DNA from: Arcobacteraceae bacterium
GTDB taxonomy: Bacteria; Campylobacterota; Campylobacteria; Campylobacterales; Arcobacteraceae
Reading direction: 5' to 3'
Assembly (NCBI GenBank): GCA_965224485.1
Contig: CBDCZH010000020.1
Span: forward strand, 1-21,087
Length of the DNA: 21,087 nt
Shown here piece by piece: positions 17,265 to 21,087 of the stretch. How positions within the stretch are numbered: position 1 is the first letter of the stretch; each line of letters begins with the position of its first letter. Below the pieces are notes generated by a model. It saw only the letters and a program-made list of their open reading frames with translations. It ran no database searches and had not been told where the DNA came from. A program made the position numbers and the translations under genes.

Positions 17265-18692
17265 ATGAAAAAAATTTTTGTACATGGCATCTTTAATATT
17301 TTGCATCCTGGGCACCTTAGACTATTGAAATTTGCAAAAGAGTGTGGTGATTATCTAACAGTAGGTGTATATCCTGATAAAAGAATCAACAATAAAAACA
17401 CCTTTAATGAAAAAATACGATTAGAGTCTATTAAATCAACAAATTATGTTGATGAATCATTTATACTTAAAAATTCTGAACTTGACTATATTAAAAGCAA
17501 TAAACCTGATATTGTAGTAAAAGGTAGAGAACATAAAAATTTAAATAATGAAGAAGAAAATATACTTAATCAATATGGAGGGAAACTATTATTTACTTCT
17601 GGAGATATAAGTTTTTCTTCTTTTGATTTAATAGAAAGAAGTCTTAATTCATTTAATTATTCTCATACATCTCATTCTTATAACTTCATAAATAGACATA
17701 ATATACAAAAGAATAAACTTTTAGAAATTATTGAAAATTTTTCAAAACTAAATGTATTAGTTATTGGTGATACTATAGTTGATGAGTACATAAGTTGTGA
17801 CCCTATTGGCATGAGTCAAGAAGACGCTACAATAGTAGTAAGCCCAATCTCATCACAAAAATTCATAGGAGGAGCAGCTATTGTGGCTTCTCATGCAAAA
17901 ACTCTAGGAGCTAAGGTATCATATATCTCTGTTATAGGAGAAGATGAGAACTCTTTATTTGTAAATAATTATTTAGAAGAATTAAATATTAATACTTATT
18001 TACAAAATGATAGTACAAGATGTACCACTTTAAAACAAAGATTTAGAGCTAATGGAAAAACTTTATTAAGAGTTAATCACCTTAAACAACATCAATTGAC
18101 AAGTGATTTAGAAAATAAAATCTTAACATATTTTAATACTATAAGCCAAGATTTGGATATTGTTATTTTCTCTGATTTTTCATATGGAGTATTGTCAAAT
18201 AATATTATAGACAAGATAAGTGAAATAGCCCATAATAATCATATAAAAGTAGTTGCAGATTCTCAAAGTTCTTCTCAAGTAGGAGATATATCAAAATTTA
18301 AGAATATGTATATTGTAACTCCAACAGAGAGAGAAATAAGACTAGCTCTTAATGATTTTGAATCTGGACTAGTAGTTTTAGGAGAAAAACTTTCAAATAA
18401 ATCAAATCCTAAGTATATCTGTACAACATTAGGAAGTGAAGGTATTATGATTTATAACTCAGATAAAAACAACCTTCTAACAGATAACATACCTGCTTTA
18501 AATCATAATCCTAAAGATATAAGTGGCGCAGGAGATAGTTTGTTGGTTTGTGCAGCTCTAGCCTTATCAAGTGAGGCTAATATATGGGAAAGTTCTTACT
18601 TAGGATCAATTGCAGCTTCAATACAAGTTAGTAGAATTGGAAATATTCCTATTTTAAAAGATGAAATAATACAAGAAATCAGTAAAATTTGA
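17265..18692 (+). CDS. Bifunctional HldE/RfaE-like protein with reversed domain order (N-terminal HxGH nucleotidyltransferase, C-terminal PfkB sugar kinase)
   Basis: N-terminal HGIFNILHPGH and KPDIVVKG. C-terminal VLVIGD.IVDEY, GGAAIVA, FSDFSYG, TPTERE and DISGAGD (18516-18536). Confidence 0.88.
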   Translation: MKKIFVHGIFNILHPGHLRLLKFAKECGDYLTVGVYPDKRINNKNTFNEKIRLESIKSTNYVDESFILKNSELDYIKSNKPDIVVKGREHKNLNNEEENILNQYGGKLLFTSGDISFSSFDLIERSLNSFNYSHTSHSYNFINRHNIQKNKLLEIIENFSKLNVLVIGDTIVDEYISCDPIGMSQEDATIVVSPISSQKFIGGAAIVASHAKTLGAKVSYISVIGEDENSLFVNNYLEELNINTYLQNDSTRCTTLKQRFRANGKTLLRVNHLKQHQLTSDLENKILTYFNTISQDLDIVIFSDFSYGVLSNNIIDKISEIAHNNHIKVVADSQSSSQVGDISKFKNMYIVTPTEREIRLALNDFESGLVVLGEKLSNKSNPKYICTTLGSEGIMIYNSDKNNLLTDNIPALNHNPKDISGAGDSLLVCAALALSSEANIWESSYLGSIAASIQVSRIGNIPILKDEIIQEISKI

Positions 18693-19414
18693 AAGCATTA
18701 TTACTAGCAGCAGGTTTAGGTACAAGATTAAGACCATTAACAAATACGATTCCAAAATGTTTAGTTCCTATAAATAAAAAACCATTATTAGAAATATGGC
18801 TAGAAACATTAATTGAAGCTGGAATAAGAGAATTTTTAATAAATACTCATTATTTATATGAGCAAGTTAACGATTTTATTTCTAAATCACAGTACAAAAA
18901 TAAAATTACAACTACTTATGAAAAAGTGCTATTAAACACAGGAGGAACTTTAGTAAAAAACAAATCTTTTTTTACTAAAGATAAAGCATTTATGGTTATT
19001 CATGCAGACAATCTTTCAATTTGTAATTACAAAAACTTTATATTAGCACATAAACAAAGAGATAAAAAAACGCTAATGACAATGATGCTTTTCACACCAG
19101 ATAATCTTATAGATTGTGGAACAGTATTATTAGATAAAAAAGGAATAGTTAACGATTTTAAAGAAAAATCATTAACCCCTCTTTCTAATTTAGCAAATGC
19201 AGCAGTATATATTTTTGAATATAATATTTTTTCTATTTTAGAAAGTCTTAAAAAAGAGGACCTTGATTTAAGTATAGATCTGATTCCTAAATTATTAAAA
19301 AAAATCAATACCTTTGAGAACACTTGTATTCATATAGATATAGGAACATTAGAACGGTATAAACTTGCAAATAAAGTATATTTAAAATTCAATAAAGATA
19401 ACAAAAATGTTTAA
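18689..19414 (+). CDS. Sugar-1-phosphate nucleotidyltransferase (HddC / mannose-1-P guanylyltransferase-like)
   Basis: Motifs LLAAGLGTRLRPLT..IPKCLVP, NTHY, TGG, HAD, FKEK, NAAVYIF and DIGT. TTG start overlapping the previous stop. Confidence 0.9.
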   Translation: MKALLLAAGLGTRLRPLTNTIPKCLVPINKKPLLEIWLETLIEAGIREFLINTHYLYEQVNDFISKSQYKNKITTTYEKVLLNTGGTLVKNKSFFTKDKAFMVIHADNLSICNYKNFILAHKQRDKKTLMTMMLFTPDNLIDCGTVLLDKKGIVNDFKEKSLTPLSNLANAAVYIFEYNIFSILESLKKEDLDLSIDLIPKLLKKINTFENTCIHIDIGTLERYKLANKVYLKFNKDNKNV

Positions 19415-21020
19415 AAAAGACAATGAAAATATTAAATTTTCTAAACAATTTAATATTCTAAATAAAGAAATTCTAGATATTAAAAATAAAAATAAAAAAA
19501 TCATTTTATATGGATTTGGATTAATTGGTAAATATATATATTCTCAAATAAAAGAAAATATTGTTTTAATTGTAGATAAAAGTTATAAAGAAAGAGAAAA
19601 GTATGAAGATATTTATATAGATAATCCAAATAATCTTAATAAGTACAATATTCAGTATATTTTGATCTCCGTATTAGGAAGAGAGAACGAAATCACAAAA
19701 TATCTACTAAAAGAAAAATTATTTACAGAAAAAAATATTATTTCATTTAATTTAGAATTAAAAGTTAAAAGAAATGTTTTTTTAAAAAATATATTTGTAA
19801 AAACGCTTATATTTTTTGAGCCATTATTAACATTTTTATATTTACCAATAGCAGTACTTCTTTATTTATTTAAATATAAGTTGATGTATAACTTCAGATT
19901 TACTGGTTTTGGACACTTAGGAATTGAGCCATACTATGTTTATTATAATCCTAAATACAAAAATTATAAAAAAATCATACTTGTAGATAGTTCTATTACT
20001 GCAAATAATTATTTATTAAATTTATGGAAACAAAAGTATACAGTAATTTCAAATCCTTATGTTTTTCACTTATTATGGCCTTTATTCAATTATAAGTTCT
20101 TAAGAATAAATGCAAGTTTAAATAGAGTTCAAACTATAGATAGATTTTTTACTATTACAAAAAATTTAAAACTTGAAGATAATAATGATGCATATTTTAA
20201 TAGAATACCTACTTCTATTTCAAATGTTCTTAAATATAAGAATAAAGAAGTTCCTACTCTTTTTATCTCTAAGAAAGACATAACAAAAGCAAAACACTTA
20301 GTATTGGAACATCTAGGAATCAAAGAAAATGATAAGTTTATTATTTTACATTTAAGAGATGATTTAAACTATGATTTAAATCGTTGTATGAAAAATGAAC
20401 ATGATTATCTACCATCATTACAATATTTACATAAAAACAATATAAAAATTGTAAAATTAGGAAGGAATAAAACTATGTCCGCTCCTCTTACAGAGTATGT
20501 AATAAATTATCCAGCTAGTAGTATAAAATCTGAATTTATTGATATATACCTAATGTCAAAAAGTTTATTTTATATGGGTGCTTCTTCTGGACCACTAACA
20601 GTTGTTCCTTTATTTAACACTCCAATATTTGTAGTAAACTCTCCTGCTTTAACTGTCTGCCCTTTTAATGAAGGAGATATGTATCTACCTATGTTAGTAA
20701 AAAAAGACAGTAAAATAGTTTCAATTAAAGACTATTTAAGTAATAATTTAACTTGGTTATATAATGACAATATTAAAAAAACTATAGAAGATTTTGATAA
20801 ATATCACTTTATGCAAAATTCACCAGATTTAATTCTTGATGGTGTTATTGAAATGCTAAATATTCATTATTTCAAAAAAAATCAATCTAATAATGATGAT
20901 GATGAAAGATTACAAGAAAGATGGAAAAATTCATTTCCTAAACTTTCATATAATGCTGTTTCAAAAGCAAAGATAGTTAATTCATTTTTAAAGAAGTACA
21001 ATAAGGAGTTATTTATATAA
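19407..21020 (+). CDS. Putative glycosyltransferase, TIGR04372-like, with an extra N-terminal Rossmann-like domain and an internal hydrophobic segment
   Basis: C-terminal GFGHL, ILHLRD, IVKLG, DIYL and FYMGASSGP motifs. N-terminal IILYGFGLIGK...IVDK. Hydrophobic LIFFEPLLTFLYLPIAVLLYLF. Confidence 0.65.
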   Translation: MFKKDNENIKFSKQFNILNKEILDIKNKNKKIILYGFGLIGKYIYSQIKENIVLIVDKSYKEREKYEDIYIDNPNNLNKYNIQYILISVLGRENEITKYLLKEKLFTEKNIISFNLELKVKRNVFLKNIFVKTLIFFEPLLTFLYLPIAVLLYLFKYKLMYNFRFTGFGHLGIEPYYVYYNPKYKNYKKIILVDSSITANNYLLNLWKQKYTVISNPYVFHLLWPLFNYKFLRINASLNRVQTIDRFFTITKNLKLEDNNDAYFNRIPTSISNVLKYKNKEVPTLFISKKDITKAKHLVLEHLGIKENDKFIILHLRDDLNYDLNRCMKNEHDYLPSLQYLHKNNIKIVKLGRNKTMSAPLTEYVINYPASSIKSEFIDIYLMSKSLFYMGASSGPLTVVPLFNTPIFVVNSPALTVCPFNEGDMYLPMLVKKDSKIVSIKDYLSNNLTWLYNDNIKKTIEDFDKYHFMQNSPDLILDGVIEMLNIHYFKKNQSNNDDDERLQERWKNSFPKLSYNAVSKAKIVNSFLKKYNKELFI

Positions 21021-21087
21021 TGAAAACTGCATATATTTTTGTAATATCAGATTTTTTACACTATGGTATTTTACAATTTATTAAAGA
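21020..21087 (+). CDS. Start of the next operon gene (partial, MKTAYIFVISDFLHYGILQFIK...)
   Basis: ATG overlaps the previous stop (TAATG), SD AAGGAG lies at 21003-21008, and the frame is open to the window end. Confidence 0.7.
   Translation, partial: MKTAYIFVISDFLHYGILQFIK

Noticed and set aside
8150..20323. Remaining short minus-strand ORFs (8150, 11742, 11800, 14467, 16376, 16889, 19027, 20129)
   Set aside because: All lie opposite well-supported + strand genes and have no recognisable motifs.
1..21087. Mobile elements or defence systems
   Set aside because: No transposase, integrase, nuclease or terminal repeats were recognised.

Overview
This is a very AT-rich window, most likely from an Arcobacteraceae (Campylobacterota) genome; that assignment is inferred from the short ~288-aa Arcobacter-type flagellins, the maf genes and the base composition. 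It is a flagellin locus followed by a flagellin/surface glycosylation island. In order it holds a 5'-truncated GT9-like glycosyltransferase, trmA, two tandem flagellins separated by a terminator, a ~69-aa orphan ORF and a multi-hairpin leader, two divergent Maf (DUF115) genes and a hypothetical gene. A tightly coupled sugar operon follows: GmhA-like isomerase, atypical NDP-sugar dehydratase, epimerase/reductase, SAM methyltransferase, a stand-alone PDH-E1-like ThDP alpha/beta pair, FkbM methyltransferase, SDR, Zn-dehydrogenase, domain-reversed HldE-like protein, HddC-like nucleotidyltransferase and a TIGR04372-like glycosyltransferase. The operon runs off the right edge. The main hypothesis is that Maf-type flagellin glycosylation is coupled here to a higher-carbon or branched, methylated heptose/octose-type sugar pathway rather than to the usual pseudaminic/legionaminic acid genes, none of which is visible in the window. 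A second candidate is a small-protein plus structured-leader module controlling the second flagellin. All family assignments come from motif recognition by eye, not from database searches.
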